Source: Naegleria gruberi (Eukaryota). From it: a stretch of 64,000 bases of DNA. The DNA lies in NCBI GenBank assembly GCA_000004985.1, contig GG738846.1; one strand, 5' to 3'. The notes beneath the pieces were generated by a model. The model saw nothing but the letters and a program-made list of their open reading frames with translations, made no database searches and was not told the origin of the DNA. Position 1 is the first letter of the stretch. Each line of letters opens with the position of its first letter. The position numbers were made by a program, and so were the translations under genes. Below are positions 1 to 10,577 of this stretch, in pieces.

Positions 1-1183
1 ATTTTCATTAATCACCCTACCAAATTCATTAAGGACAACTCCTCTCTTTTGATCGAAAGGAATGTCTGTATCAGCTTGCACGCTCTTGTATCCAATGCTT
101 TCAAAAACCAAATCGCATTCTATTTCTTCAAAAATGCCAGATCCAACAGCTTTTGGTTCTCCACCTTTTGGATCCTTTTCTATAAGTGTAATCTCAAATT
201 TTATAGATCCAACTCTGGAAGGATCACTCTTACTTGGAATGAATTCTACTGGATTTCTGAAAAACAAGAGTTGAACAAGCTTGGTGTCCTTATCGAGAGT
301 TGGTTTTTCAGTGGCTGTTTGTAAAAGTTGAACTAGTCTTTGCTTGGCTCTTCCCTCCTTTTCCAATTGTTCCTTTGAATTCTCGTCAATATATTCATTC
401 TTAACTTGAGTTGGATCAATATAGAGGCAGTTCAATTTGGTTAATTCTCTCAATTCCTTGGTAGTGGCTGCAATTTGAACAGGGCCTCTTCTACCTACAA
501 CAAGAATATGCTCCAATGTCTTGTTAGAATTTTCCAAAATATTAATTGCTTGAGATGTCAAATCATAACATTTGAGTGTATCAATAGGTCTTGCTAAAAT
601 TCTAGCAACATCTAGAGCTACATTTCCTTGCCCAATAATTACAGCCTTCTTGGATGTTTCAATTAATTGCCTATATCTGTTGAATGTTTCAGGTGTAGTA
701 TGTGAAGGAAGACCGTTATACCAAGAGACAAACTCACGAGCACTCTCCACTCCCTTCAAAGATTCTCCATTAATACCTAATGATCTTTCACTATCAGCTC
801 CATAGGTTAATACTACAACATCAAACATTTCACTAAGCTCTTTAAATCTGACATCTTTGCCCAGTGTCACATTTCCTAAAAACTTTACTCTTGAATCTGA
901 AGCGATACTATCGAAATCATTTTGAACATTTTTAACTTCGGGATGATCAGGAGCAACACCATACCTTACGAGACCGTATGGAGTTGGTAATTTTTCAAGA
1001 ATTGTAACATCAACCTTGTCTACATTCGATTCTTTTTGGAGCAACTGTTTTGCTGTGTAAAATCCAGCTGGGCCACTTCCAACAATGCAAATGTTCAAGT
1101 CTCTCTTTGAATAAGAAAGTACCGAAGCGATGTGATTAGTCTTGTTGGATAATGAAAAGGATGAGCATAGGCTTCTAAACATT
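1..1183 (-). CDS. FDXR: Adrenodoxin/ferredoxin-NADP+ reductase (mitochondrial), 5' part; the gene runs off the window start (3'-partial)
   Basis: Minus-strand translation from the ATG (complement 1181-1183) gives MFRSLCSS...SKRDLNICIVGSGPAGFYTAKQLLQKESNVDKVDVTILEKLPTPYGLVRYGVAPDHPEVKNVQNDF. This matches the hallmark FDXR/Arh1 N-terminus (GSGPAGFYTA...FGLVRxGVAPDHPEVKNV). The frame is open to position 1. Confidence 0.85.
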
Positions 1184-1457
1184 TTTTTGATTGAAAAAAC
1201 ACAATGATAGTCCTCTCTAGTGAGGATGTCCTACAAGAACCATGGTGCGCTTTGAGGACCACCTAACTCTGCGCAGTAAGTCAGCTGACTTCATAATAAC
1301 GCAAGCAAAGTTTTGACTTATGTCATCTTAGTTGCATTGATATATCGCATTGTTAAACATAATCATCTTGTCCATGTTCATAATCACTAGGAGCTTATTC
1401 TGAAATTTAGAACCCCGTCACCTCTTGTAAATAGTTGGAGAATAATCGAGTATTAAT

Positions 1458-1505
1458 AATAGTTAACTATTCTAATCTTATATTTAGGTGATCATCAATT
1501 GATGA
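1458..1505. repeat. Two perfect 14-bp palindromes (aatagttaactatt at 1458-1471; tcatcaattgatga at 1492-1505) 34 bp apart
   Basis: Each is its own reverse complement. They lie in the 360-bp spacer between the 3' end of the RGG gene and the 5' end of FDXR (both minus strand). Possible 3'-end or promoter element. Confidence 0.4.
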
Positions 1506-1543
1506 ATCTTATTAGTACAATCTCTAGAGTCTTTATCATCTAT

Positions 1544-1972
1544 TTATTCTGTTGATCCGGTGTTACTGGAGGCTTCTTCTTGCTTGTTTTCAGTACTATA
1601 ACCGAGGTGATCTTCAATTTCCTTGTCCAATTCAGCTTTAGTCTTTTTTTCCTTCTTTTCTCCTCTTGGTTTTCCACCTTTAGCACCACCTCTAGCACCT
1701 CCTCTAGCACCACCTTTGGCACCTCCTCTTGGTTTTCCACCTCTAGTGGTATTACTCTTCTTGGTAATACCTTTAACAGGTCCTTGTGAGGAGGACTTGT
1801 TTACTTGGCTAAATCTTTCAGAAAGAGTAAGACTCTTTTTAACAACTTCTCTCTTTCCTCCATCAGATTTAATAACCAATTCAGAATCGTTGTTGTCAGA
1901 GTTGGTTCTTCTTCCACCGTTGTTTTGTCTTGATCCGCCACGTCCACGACCACGTCCTCTTGGTGCAACCAT
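1544..1972 (-). CDS. Small RGG/GAR-repeat protein, CHTOP/FOP-like (chromatin target of PRMT1 family)
   Basis: 142-aa ORF, MVAPRGRGRGRGG... The segment KSLTLSERFSQVNK resembles the CHTOP N-terminal motif KMSLNERFT. A (GGAKGGARGG)n glycine-arginine block follows, and the C-terminus TKAELDKEIEDHLGY resembles the CHTOP/ALY LDxxLDAYM-type tail. The track's upstream extension (MCILGAEL...) is unlikely; the ATG at 1970-1972 is followed by the RG repeats. Confidence 0.6.
   Translation of the reverse strand: MVAPRGRGRGRGGSRQNNGGRRTNSDNNDSELVIKSDGGKREVVKKSLTLSERFSQVNKSSSQGPVKGITKKSNTTRGGKPRGGAKGGARGGARGGAKGGKPRGEKKEKKTKAELDKEIEDHLGYSTENKQEEASSNTGSTE
1682..1729 (-). repeat. Four tandem 12-nt units (agcacc[a/t]cctct) encoding the GGA(K/R) repeats of the RGG protein
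   Basis: Directly visible on the plus strand at 1682-1729; coding microsatellite-like repeat. Confidence 0.6.
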
Positions 1973-2251
1973 TTTTTTAAATTTTGTATGTTGTATTATT
2001 AATAATTCAGCTCCCAAAATACACATTAAATGATAAATGAGAAGATGAGCTAAAGGAAATCATAACAGTATACGAAAAGAATAAATTTATATTATGTTAT
2101 ATGTCAAATATTAAAAGAATACAAAATTAATTATTTTTATTATTAATTACACCAATAATAAATTCTTTCATCACAATGCAATTTGTTCAACAGCCAAATT
2201 TGTTTTTTCAAATTTATTGTTGAATTAAATTTTTGAAGACACTCTGAAAAA

Positions 2252-4360
2252 ATGCCTTCATCCAAAGCTGCACTCTTAAGCAAGATCAAGAACGCAAAGG
2301 CCTCTGTGAAGGTCGCTCCTAAACAACAAGAACAAGTATCTTCGGAAGAAAAGAAGAAACCTGTCAAGGTTACACAAAATCAAGTACCAAAGAAGGAAGA
2401 TAAGAAGAGAAAACTTGAAGTTCAAGAAGAAGAAGAAGAAGAGGATGTTCAATTAATGGGAGCTGATGATATTGATTTGGATGATTTTTCTGATGAAGAT
2501 GATATGGGTGATAATGATGAATTCGATGAAGAATTAGAAGATGACGATTTCTTTACAAAGAAAAAGCCAACCACTACATCCTCGACGAAATCAAACAAAC
2601 AACAACCAACAAAGAAGCGAAAGCAAGAAGAAGACGAAGATGATGAAGATGACGATGAAGAAGAAGAACAAGTAAACAAAAAGAAAAAGAAAGTCTTTTC
2701 CGAAGAAAACTTTTTCGAAAATGATGAGGATGAAGATGATGACTTCTCTGAATATACTGAGGAAGAACGTAAAAGATTGGAACAACTTTCTGGTATGGAA
2801 CGTGAACGATTGGCACAAATAGAAGAAGAATCGAGATTAGAAATGGCTGATGATGCAACCAGACAAGAAAAACCAACTGTTATGGCCAATTATTTGGAAG
2901 ACCATGAAGAATTGCCAGAGGCAGGAGAAGATCAAGATATTGGTATTGCTGGTGTTACTGAAGATTTGACTAAAATTCATGAACGTATTCAAGAAAATCT
3001 TGCAGTTTTGGCAAACTTTAAAGATTTGCGTGAAGATGGATTTACTCGTGAAGATTATCTCAATTTGTTAAAGACTGACTTGTCACTCTATTATGGTTAC
3101 AACTCTGAATTGATTGACGTTTTTGCTTCAATGTTTTCTTTACCTGAATTAATTGAATTTTTGGAAGCTAACGAAAAGCCACGTCCTCTTACAATCAGAA
3201 GTAACATTTTGAAAACAAGAAGAAGAGAACTTGCTCAAAATTTGATTAATCGTGGTATTAACTTGGATCCTCTTGATAAGTGGTCAAAGGCTGGTTTGAA
3301 GATTTATGATGCTAACGTACCAGTCGGTGCCACTCCTGAATATTTGGCTGGTCATTACATGTTACAAGGTGCTTCATCATTCTTGCCTGTCATGGCTCTT
3401 GCTCCAAAAGAAAATGAAAAAGTTATTGATATGGCTGCTGCTCCTGGTGGTAAGACAACATACTTATCAGCCCTCATGAAGAATACTGGTGTCATTTTTG
3501 CTAATGATGTCAATGTAGATCGTACAAAGGCCTTAATAGCAAATATTCACCGTATGGGTTGTCGTAATTGTATTGTTGCCAATTATGATGGTCGTGATAT
3601 GCCACAAATTTTACCAACTAAGGTTGACCGTGTCTTGCTTGATGCTCCTTGTACTGGTTTGGGTGTTATTTCACGTGATCCTTCGATAAAATCTCAAAAG
3701 GGTAAGAAGGATATTGAACTTTTGTGTAAATTGCAAAGAGAATTAATTTTGGCTGCCATTGATTGTGTTGATGCTGATTCTGAAACTGGTGGTTATATTG
3801 TATATTCTACTTGTAGTGTCAGTGTTGATGAAAATGAAGCTGTTGTCAATTATGCTCTCAAGAAGAGACATGTCAAGATTGTTCCAACTGGTCTTCAATT
3901 TGGTACTCCAGGTTTTATTAAGATTGGTGAACGTCATTTCGATCCAAGCTTGAAATTAACCATGCGTTATTTCCCTCATGTTCACAACATGGATGGTTTC
4001 TATGTTTGTAAATTGAAAAAGTTGAAGAATGGTAAGAAACTTTCTGAAGAAGAACAAGTTCGTGAAGAAAAGAATGAACAAAGGATTCAAAAAGACAAGT
4101 CTGATGAAAAGAATCGTAGAATTAGAGATCAAAAGGATAGAGAAGATAAGAATAAGAAATTATTGGAAGAAGCCATTAAACTTGCCAATGGTAACGAGCA
4201 AGCAGGTATTGAGCTTTTCCAAAAGAGAAAGGAAGAATTGTCACTGAGCCGAAAGAAATTCAAGACAAACAAACGTTCAGAAGACAAGTTTAGACCAATA
4301 CACGAGAGAAAGAAGAGTGGAAACAGAAAGCAAAAGGGAGAAAATATGAATTACGTATAA
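2252..4360 (+). CDS. NOP2: NOP2/NSUN1 nucleolar 25S/28S rRNA (cytosine-C5)-methyltransferase
   Basis: 702-aa single ORF. It has an acidic/Lys-rich N-terminus, then NOL1/NOP2/Sun catalytic-core motifs (DMAAAPGGKT, DAPCTGLGVISRDPSIK, YSTCSV). The C-terminal tail is Lys-rich. Confidence 0.9.
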   Translation: MPSSKAALLSKIKNAKASVKVAPKQQEQVSSEEKKKPVKVTQNQVPKKEDKKRKLEVQEEEEEEDVQLMGADDIDLDDFSDEDDMGDNDEFDEELEDDDFFTKKKPTTTSSTKSNKQQPTKKRKQEEDEDDEDDDEEEEQVNKKKKKVFSEENFFENDEDEDDDFSEYTEEERKRLEQLSGMERERLAQIEEESRLEMADDATRQEKPTVMANYLEDHEELPEAGEDQDIGIAGVTEDLTKIHERIQENLAVLANFKDLREDGFTREDYLNLLKTDLSLYYGYNSELIDVFASMFSLPELIEFLEANEKPRPLTIRSNILKTRRRELAQNLINRGINLDPLDKWSKAGLKIYDANVPVGATPEYLAGHYMLQGASSFLPVMALAPKENEKVIDMAAAPGGKTTYLSALMKNTGVIFANDVNVDRTKALIANIHRMGCRNCIVANYDGRDMPQILPTKVDRVLLDAPCTGLGVISRDPSIKSQKGKKDIELLCKLQRELILAAIDCVDADSETGGYIVYSTCSVSVDENEAVVNYALKKRHVKIVPTGLQFGTPGFIKIGERHFDPSLKLTMRYFPHVHNMDGFYVCKLKKLKNGKKLSEEEQVREEKNEQRIQKDKSDEKNRRIRDQKDREDKNKKLLEEAIKLANGNEQAGIELFQKRKEELSLSRKKFKTNKRSEDKFRPIHERKKSGNRKQKGENMNYV

Positions 4361-4532
4361 ATTATCTTTCTTTAACACCTTATTTACTCAATTTTTCTAG
4401 GATTTCAATCATCGGAGTTTAATCTTTCTTTAAAAAATTGCCCTCACTTGGAACTAGAAGATTTTTTCATTGTTGTTTGGAATATTCAAGAATAATTACG
4501 AGAGACGTATTACTATTATTATTGGAGGATAA

Positions 4533-5532
<1,000 letters not shown>

Positions 5533-5648
5533 TTACATTCACAACGTCTTATTCGAGTCAATACAGCTCTTTCCAATTAATTTTGGAATAGCCTTATTTA
5601 TTTTTGAGATTTGTAAAACAAGAATTCCATAAACAGTTAATTGTTTGT

Positions 5649-6103
5649 TTATTTGAAAAAATCATCATCCTCATCATCATCATCTTCGTCATCATTGTCA
5701 TCATCATCATCACTGTCAAATGAACTCTTCTTTCTTTGAATTTTTACTTTGGTCGATCCACTTCCGGACATTTGTTCCAACATTTTAACCAAGAGTTCTT
5801 CATTAATTTTACCTGGAAGTTTTCCACCTTGTGCCAATTTAATTGCATAATCCTCGAATGCTCTTGCTCTTTCTGGTCTTACAAGGAAAATTCTATTCAC
5901 TATTATTTTTAATAATATTAATAATTATTTGATCAAAAATATTCCGACATTCATCAATGGTGTGCTAACTTACATCTTTCTCTGGCATCGTGTTCAAGAA
6001 TTTGAGAGAGAATAGCTCTTCTCTTTTCTTCGGCCTCTTCCATGGCCTTCTTTTGTTGTTCTTGTTGTTTGGCTCTTTCTTCTTCGTTTTGTGGTTGTTG
6101 CAT
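5649..6103 (-). CDS. PDCD5: PDCD5/TFAR19 (programmed cell death protein 5) homolog, two exons: join(5649..5899,5974..6103) on the minus strand
   Basis: Exon 1 encodes MQQPQNEEERAKQQEQQKKAMEEAEEKRRAILSQILEHDARER. The donor is GTAAGT and the 74-nt intron ends ...aatag. Exon 2 encodes LNRIFLVRPERARAFEDYAIKLAQGGKLPGKINEELL... with an acidic tail. Both match the PDCD5 family (AILAQVL...ARxRL...LVKPEKA...). About 126 aa. Confidence 0.8.
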
Positions 6104-6169
6104 TTTTTATGATTTTACTACAATGTCTGACATTGTTATGTGGGGAAGCTAGATACAAGATAAACTTGG

Positions 6170-8077
6170 TTACATTTCATAATCTTCTTCTTGTTCTTCT
6201 TCATCTTGAGGAACGGATTCTTCTAATTTCAATAATTCCTGACGAGCAATTTCATTAAATCTATTCAATGAGAGAGCTTTGTGAAAACATTGGAATGCAT
6301 CTTCGAATCGTTGTTGTAGGAGGTATATTTGACCTAACTTGGTTTGAATAATGTCAGTATTTTGTTTAAGGTTTGGAGATTGAAGAGTTTTGATTGCTGA
6401 ATCAAAATGTTGTCTCTTAATATCTAATTCAACTTTGCCTAATAGTGCCTCTTCCATTCCAAATTCATTCTTTGTTTCTTGGCAGATTTTTAGAGCAGAC
6501 TCGAATTCTTTTTGAGCATTATCATGAAATTCTTCCTTCATTGTATATACACTTCCAAGAAGAATGTGAGGTTTGTAATCAAACTTTCCATGGTAAATTT
6601 TTTGAGCAGAGAGAGCAATATTCAAGGCATCTTGAAAATGTTGTGGAATTGATAGGTGAGCCTTAACTAGCCCTTGATAGATACGAATGTCTGTTGAGAT
6701 TTTTTTGGCTTGTTTGTAAATGAGAATGGCCTTGTTGTGTTGTTGAGCCATTAATAATAAATGACCTTTCCAAAGATAGGCTAGAATGAATGAGGGATTC
6801 AATTCGAGTGCTTTGTCAACAGCACGAATAGCCATTTCCATATTTTGTTGTAAAGAATTCTTATTAGATTCACTTTCATCAGAAACTACACTAAATAAGG
6901 TGGTTCTAGATGTGTAATAAATAGCAAGAACTAACCAGCATTCTGAGGAACCCTTATTTGTTTTAAGTAATCTGGTTGATAAACTTTGTAACTCTATAGG
7001 GTGTCCAGTTGTTTGTAAAAGAGTGGCAAATGTACTAGATTTACAATCTGTGTACGCATCCATTTTGTAACATTTTTTGAATAATTCAATAGCCTCATCA
7101 TACTTGGATAATTGATCATAGCATTCAGCCAAATTCAATTTTAGCTCAACATTATTAGGGAATGATTTTTCCAAAGATTTGAGAGATTGAATTAACTTTT
7201 CATGTTGGTTATTGTGAGAATAATATTTGACATCTACCAATTTAGCTAACCAATCTTCTTTTTTGTAATAATCAGTGAGATTTTTCTTCTTGTCTTCTGG
7301 AAGTCCTAACTTGATCAATTTTTCTACTGCAGAAATTGAATATCTGTCCAATCTTAAAACATCTTGATAGCAAGCTACAGCCTCTCTACTTTTATCATTT
7401 TTCATGTAGATATCTCCCAATTTCATACAATTTTTAACATTTCTAAATTCTTTTGGAATTGATTTTAAATGAATTTCTGCCTCATCATCCAAATTAATTT
7501 TCAAACAAGCATCGGCAAGCAGTTCACAAATGTAATAGTGCTTCTTTTGGTCTTCTTGAGTTTTTGATGATAAGTTCTCCAAAATATAGGATGATATTGC
7601 AGATGCCTGAGCCAGATAATGCTAAAATTGATTCCAATAAAAATTGATTCTATTAATTAAACAAACCTTTGCCTTTACAAATTCGTTATTTCCAAAAAGT
7701 GCTCTCGAATAGCTTACAATTAAATCAACAAATATTTGCAACATTTCCACTTCCTCTTGAGGAGAATTGCTTTTACAATTTTCTTTAAACGATACAAGAA
7801 CAACATTGGCCAATGTATCAACACAATATTCAGGTGATGAAAAATTCCAAGATGATTGATAGGGCGAAATATTCGAATCAGTTGACGGAGAACCTTTCAC
7901 AATAGAATTGAAACAGGCACTAATCATTAATGTCCCAATCTCACAGGCACTATCATAAAATTCATTATGTATTTGTTGATTTAATTTCTTGATAATAACT
8001 TTAAAGTTTTCCTTTCCGAAGAGCTGGTTCATACCTGATGGAGAAGGAATGTTGGATGATGATATTTGTGTTGGCAT
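6170..8077 (-). CDS. ANAPC7: Anaphase-promoting complex subunit 7 (APC7)-like TPR protein, two exons: join(6170..7621,7667..8077) on the minus strand
   Basis: A 45-nt intron (donor AAG|GTTTGT, acceptor ttttag|CAT) joins the 137-aa N-terminal ORF to the TPR ORF. The track's MENLSS start is a TTG artefact; the frame continues upstream as HYLAQASAISSYILENLSS. KSIPKEFRNVKNCMKLGDIYMKNDKSREAVACYQDVLRLDRYSISAVEKLIKL aligns with human APC7 GIPSRQRTPKINMMLANLYKKAGQERPSVTSYKEVLRQCPLALDAILGLLSL. Downstream TPR blocks also align (DWL..., ECWLV...). About 620 aa. Confidence 0.7.
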
Positions 8078-8107
8078 TTTTTTAATTTTTTGGCGGCAAA
8101 ATTTTTA

Positions 8108-9373
8108 TTATTGAGAAGACTCTCCATCATCGATACAAGCTCTTACATAGTGTTCAGAGAGTAATGACATGCATTCATCCAGAAGTAAGGATGAATCCCC
8201 TTCAAATACTTCTTTTGAATAATTCTCACAATCTTCATATTGGGATGGGGTAAGGTAGTATTTGTTAGAAAATCCTTTTTGATGAATATGAGGGGAGTGG
8301 GAAATTTTCAAAACTTGAACCAAACATGCTAGAGTCATTCCAGAAGAGTCTCTATGATTGAGAGATTTCTTACTATGAATAATAGAGAGTAAGGATTCTA
8401 ATACATCATTTAAAGTATTACCCTTTACCTTTACAAATTTTGTAAAAATTTCAGTAAGAGCACTACACAAGTCAAATTCACATTTAAATAAAGTGAAAAA
8501 GTTTTCCAATATCATTAGTTTGAATATTGGTTTTACATTTTCATCAAATAAGAGTCTAAATTCATGTTTTGAGACTCTACTATGTTTTTGATTTAACATG
8601 TGATAGAGACAAGAAATTATCTTGGAAACATTATTGATATTATTTGTGAGTTCTTCTGAAATCTTTAAATCCTCTTCTTCAGTACTATCCATCAATCCAA
8701 AAACATATTCATTAATAGATTCCAAAACACTCTTCTCAGTTTCATATTTTTGAACATAGAGTCTAATATTGAGATTATTATTCTTAGCATCTGATGCTTG
8801 ATCAATATATTCTATTGATTCATTAAAAAACAAAGTGGCATAATATCTTAAAATAGAAGCAGCCATTTCAAAATCCAAGTTTGGCATAATATGACGAGAG
8901 ATGGAAAAATCTGTTTGAAATTCTCCTTTTACATTTTCTATTATAATATTTCTATCAGAACTTCTATAATTAAAATAAGGGGATTTTGAAACATTCATAT
9001 TAAATCCAAAATATAAATTTTCCCTCATTTTAGGTTGTAAATAAATCCAAATTATATCCTCCAAATAATCTAAAATATCTTTAATATCATTATCCTCAAG
9101 TGTAAATATTTTCTTTCCATTTTTAATATGTGACTGAAATACAATTAATAAATTTTCCCAAACACTCTTCAATAATGCCCTATCGGGAACAGTGTATTTT
9201 GTACAGTCTCCACTCTCTGCTGATGATGACTTTGTTCTCAAACGAACTAAAAGTAGAGAAAGATAGGCACTAGATGCCTGTACATCGGAACGAGCACTTG
9301 TAATAAAGAATTTGTCTGTTGGTTGAATTACAGTAAAGACAACATTTTCTTTGTTAGTGTTTGTTGATGACAT
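8108..9373 (-). CDS. Hypothetical 421-aa helical protein; the N-terminal region weakly resembles a longin-type fold (Mon1/Ccz1/Fuzzy-like?)
   Basis: Clean ATG-initiated ORF with ordinary coding composition. I can assign no family with confidence. Its stop lies only 30 bp upstream of the APC7 ATG. Confidence 0.55.
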   Translation of the reverse strand: MSSTNTNKENVVFTVIQPTDKFFITSARSDVQASSAYLSLLLVRLRTKSSSAESGDCTKYTVPDRALLKSVWENLLIVFQSHIKNGKKIFTLEDNDIKDILDYLEDIIWIYLQPKMRENLYFGFNMNVSKSPYFNYRSSDRNIIIENVKGEFQTDFSISRHIMPNLDFEMAASILRYYATLFFNESIEYIDQASDAKNNNLNIRLYVQKYETEKSVLESINEYVFGLMDSTEEEDLKISEELTNNINNVSKIISCLYHMLNQKHSRVSKHEFRLLFDENVKPIFKLMILENFFTLFKCEFDLCSALTEIFTKFVKVKGNTLNDVLESLLSIIHSKKSLNHRDSSGMTLACLVQVLKISHSPHIHQKGFSNKYYLTPSQYEDCENYSKEVFEGDSSLLLDECMSLLSEHYVRACIDDGESSQ

Positions 9374-9656
9374 TTTTTATTTCATATTATTTCGTTTCAT
9401 TGTCAGTTATTATTATTTTTCGATTAAATGAAAACAACTTATTGGTCAATCGAAAAGTTTTTTTGATCTCTGTTCTAAACTCACAATCAATTGTTTTATG
9501 GGTGCCATTTAATAACAGTTTCTTGTTGGGGAGCCGAAAAGAGTTTTGGAATATGAGTAGAATTCTGGTAAGAGTTTCCCCATCCAATTTGCTCATTTGC
9601 TTAACTCAAAAGAAAAACCGTTAATTCTTGTTAACTCGAAATATGTACATGTTTTA

Positions 9657-10271
9657 TTAACAAACCAGCAGGGAAAATTGGTCTGTTTTGGATTCGGTTG
9701 GTGAGGAATTAGGGGAAGAAGTACTGGAAGATGATTCGGTAAAGGAATAGTTGGCATGTTCACGAAGTAATCGTTGAAGCTCTTCAAAATCAGAACACAC
9801 AGTGAGATTATGATAAGTTTGAGAAACTAAGGTATTGGATTTTTTGGATTTAGAACTTGATTTGCTATTAAACAAGTTCTTCTTATAGTACACCCTAATA
9901 CGCAAACAATGTATTTTGGTATTTTGACAAAGCGTCAGTGCTTCACCATACTCAGATTGTGATGAAAACTCTTTCCAAGAGTCATCGCTACTTAGGTATT
10001 TAAGAATAATATTATTCTTCTTTTCAATGCATGAATTGGTCTTTAAAGGTAACACAGAGTCACTGAGATGGTGACTGACTTTTGAGTCCTTTGCAAGACT
10101 AAGCATTATCTGATTATAAAACTCGTCATAAGATTGAGGAAGAGCAATCTTTCTAATTTCTTCGTGTTTTGGAGTACCAACAGATTCTGTTTTGGAATCT
10201 GATCTGCTTTTTTTTACGTAAAAATAAACCTTGCCATACAGTTTAGGAGCCGCATTTTCGTTTTGCATCAT
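9657..10271 (-). CDS. Hypothetical 204-aa protein with two PB1/ubiquitin-like-looking modules
   Basis: ORF MMQNENAAPKLYGKVYFYVKK...IILKYLSSDDSWKEF...LRIRVYY... has a PB1-like pattern (K-x-K/Y...D-x-E/L). No confident family. Confidence 0.45.
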   Translation of the reverse strand: MMQNENAAPKLYGKVYFYVKKSRSDSKTESVGTPKHEEIRKIALPQSYDEFYNQIMLSLAKDSKVSHHLSDSVLPLKTNSCIEKKNNIILKYLSSDDSWKEFSSQSEYGEALTLCQNTKIHCLRIRVYYKKNLFNSKSSSKSKKSNTLVSQTYHNLTVCSDFEELQRLLREHANYSFTESSSSTSSPNSSPTESKTDQFSLLVC

Positions 10272-10577
10272 TGTATTGATTTTGAAAAAAATAGTAACGG
10301 TAAAGTGTTACGACAAAGCGAAGGTAGTCAGCGCTAAAATGTTGCTAGTATCGGCAATAGGCCACGTGAATTTTTTTTAAAGAATTTGAGGGTTATCGTT
10401 GGGTTATTTTTAATTTATGTTTCGATATTTTTAGATCGTCCAACCAAAAAACGCCCCTAACAACATTTTACAATGCCCATTTATTTGCCAAGTTGAAGGT
10501 CTTGCGTGTATTCTGAAATGCACAACAAAATAAGCGTTTTGAACAGATTACGTTTATTTTACTGATTCAAATAACTT

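Noticed and set aside
49-805. Plus-strand ORFs 49-324, 62-274 and 572-805 from the track
   Set aside because: They are antisense to the clearly coding FDXR gene on the minus strand and have no protein features. They are by-products of the sense frame.
1580-2033. Plus-strand ORFs 1580-1789 and 1623-2033 (Pro/Leu/Ala repeat proteins)
   Set aside because: They are the antisense reading of the RGG/GAR repeat gene. GC-containing repeats read open in several frames.
2449-2889. Three minus-strand ORFs (2449-2889, 2574-2876, 2591-2818) overlapping the NOP2 5' region
   Set aside because: They are antisense to the GAA/GAT-rich acidic N-terminal tail of NOP2. They are low-complexity poly-S/poly-F artefacts.
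10272-10577. Possible snoRNA or tRNA in the relatively GC-rich spacer (gcgaaggtagtcagcgctaaaatgttgctagtatcggcaataggccacgtg)
   Set aside because: No C/D (RUGAUGA...CUGA) or H/ACA box arrangement. No tRNA cloverleaf or T-loop consensus. More likely promoter sequence for the 204-aa gene. No tRNA-like sequence was recognised elsewhere in the window either.
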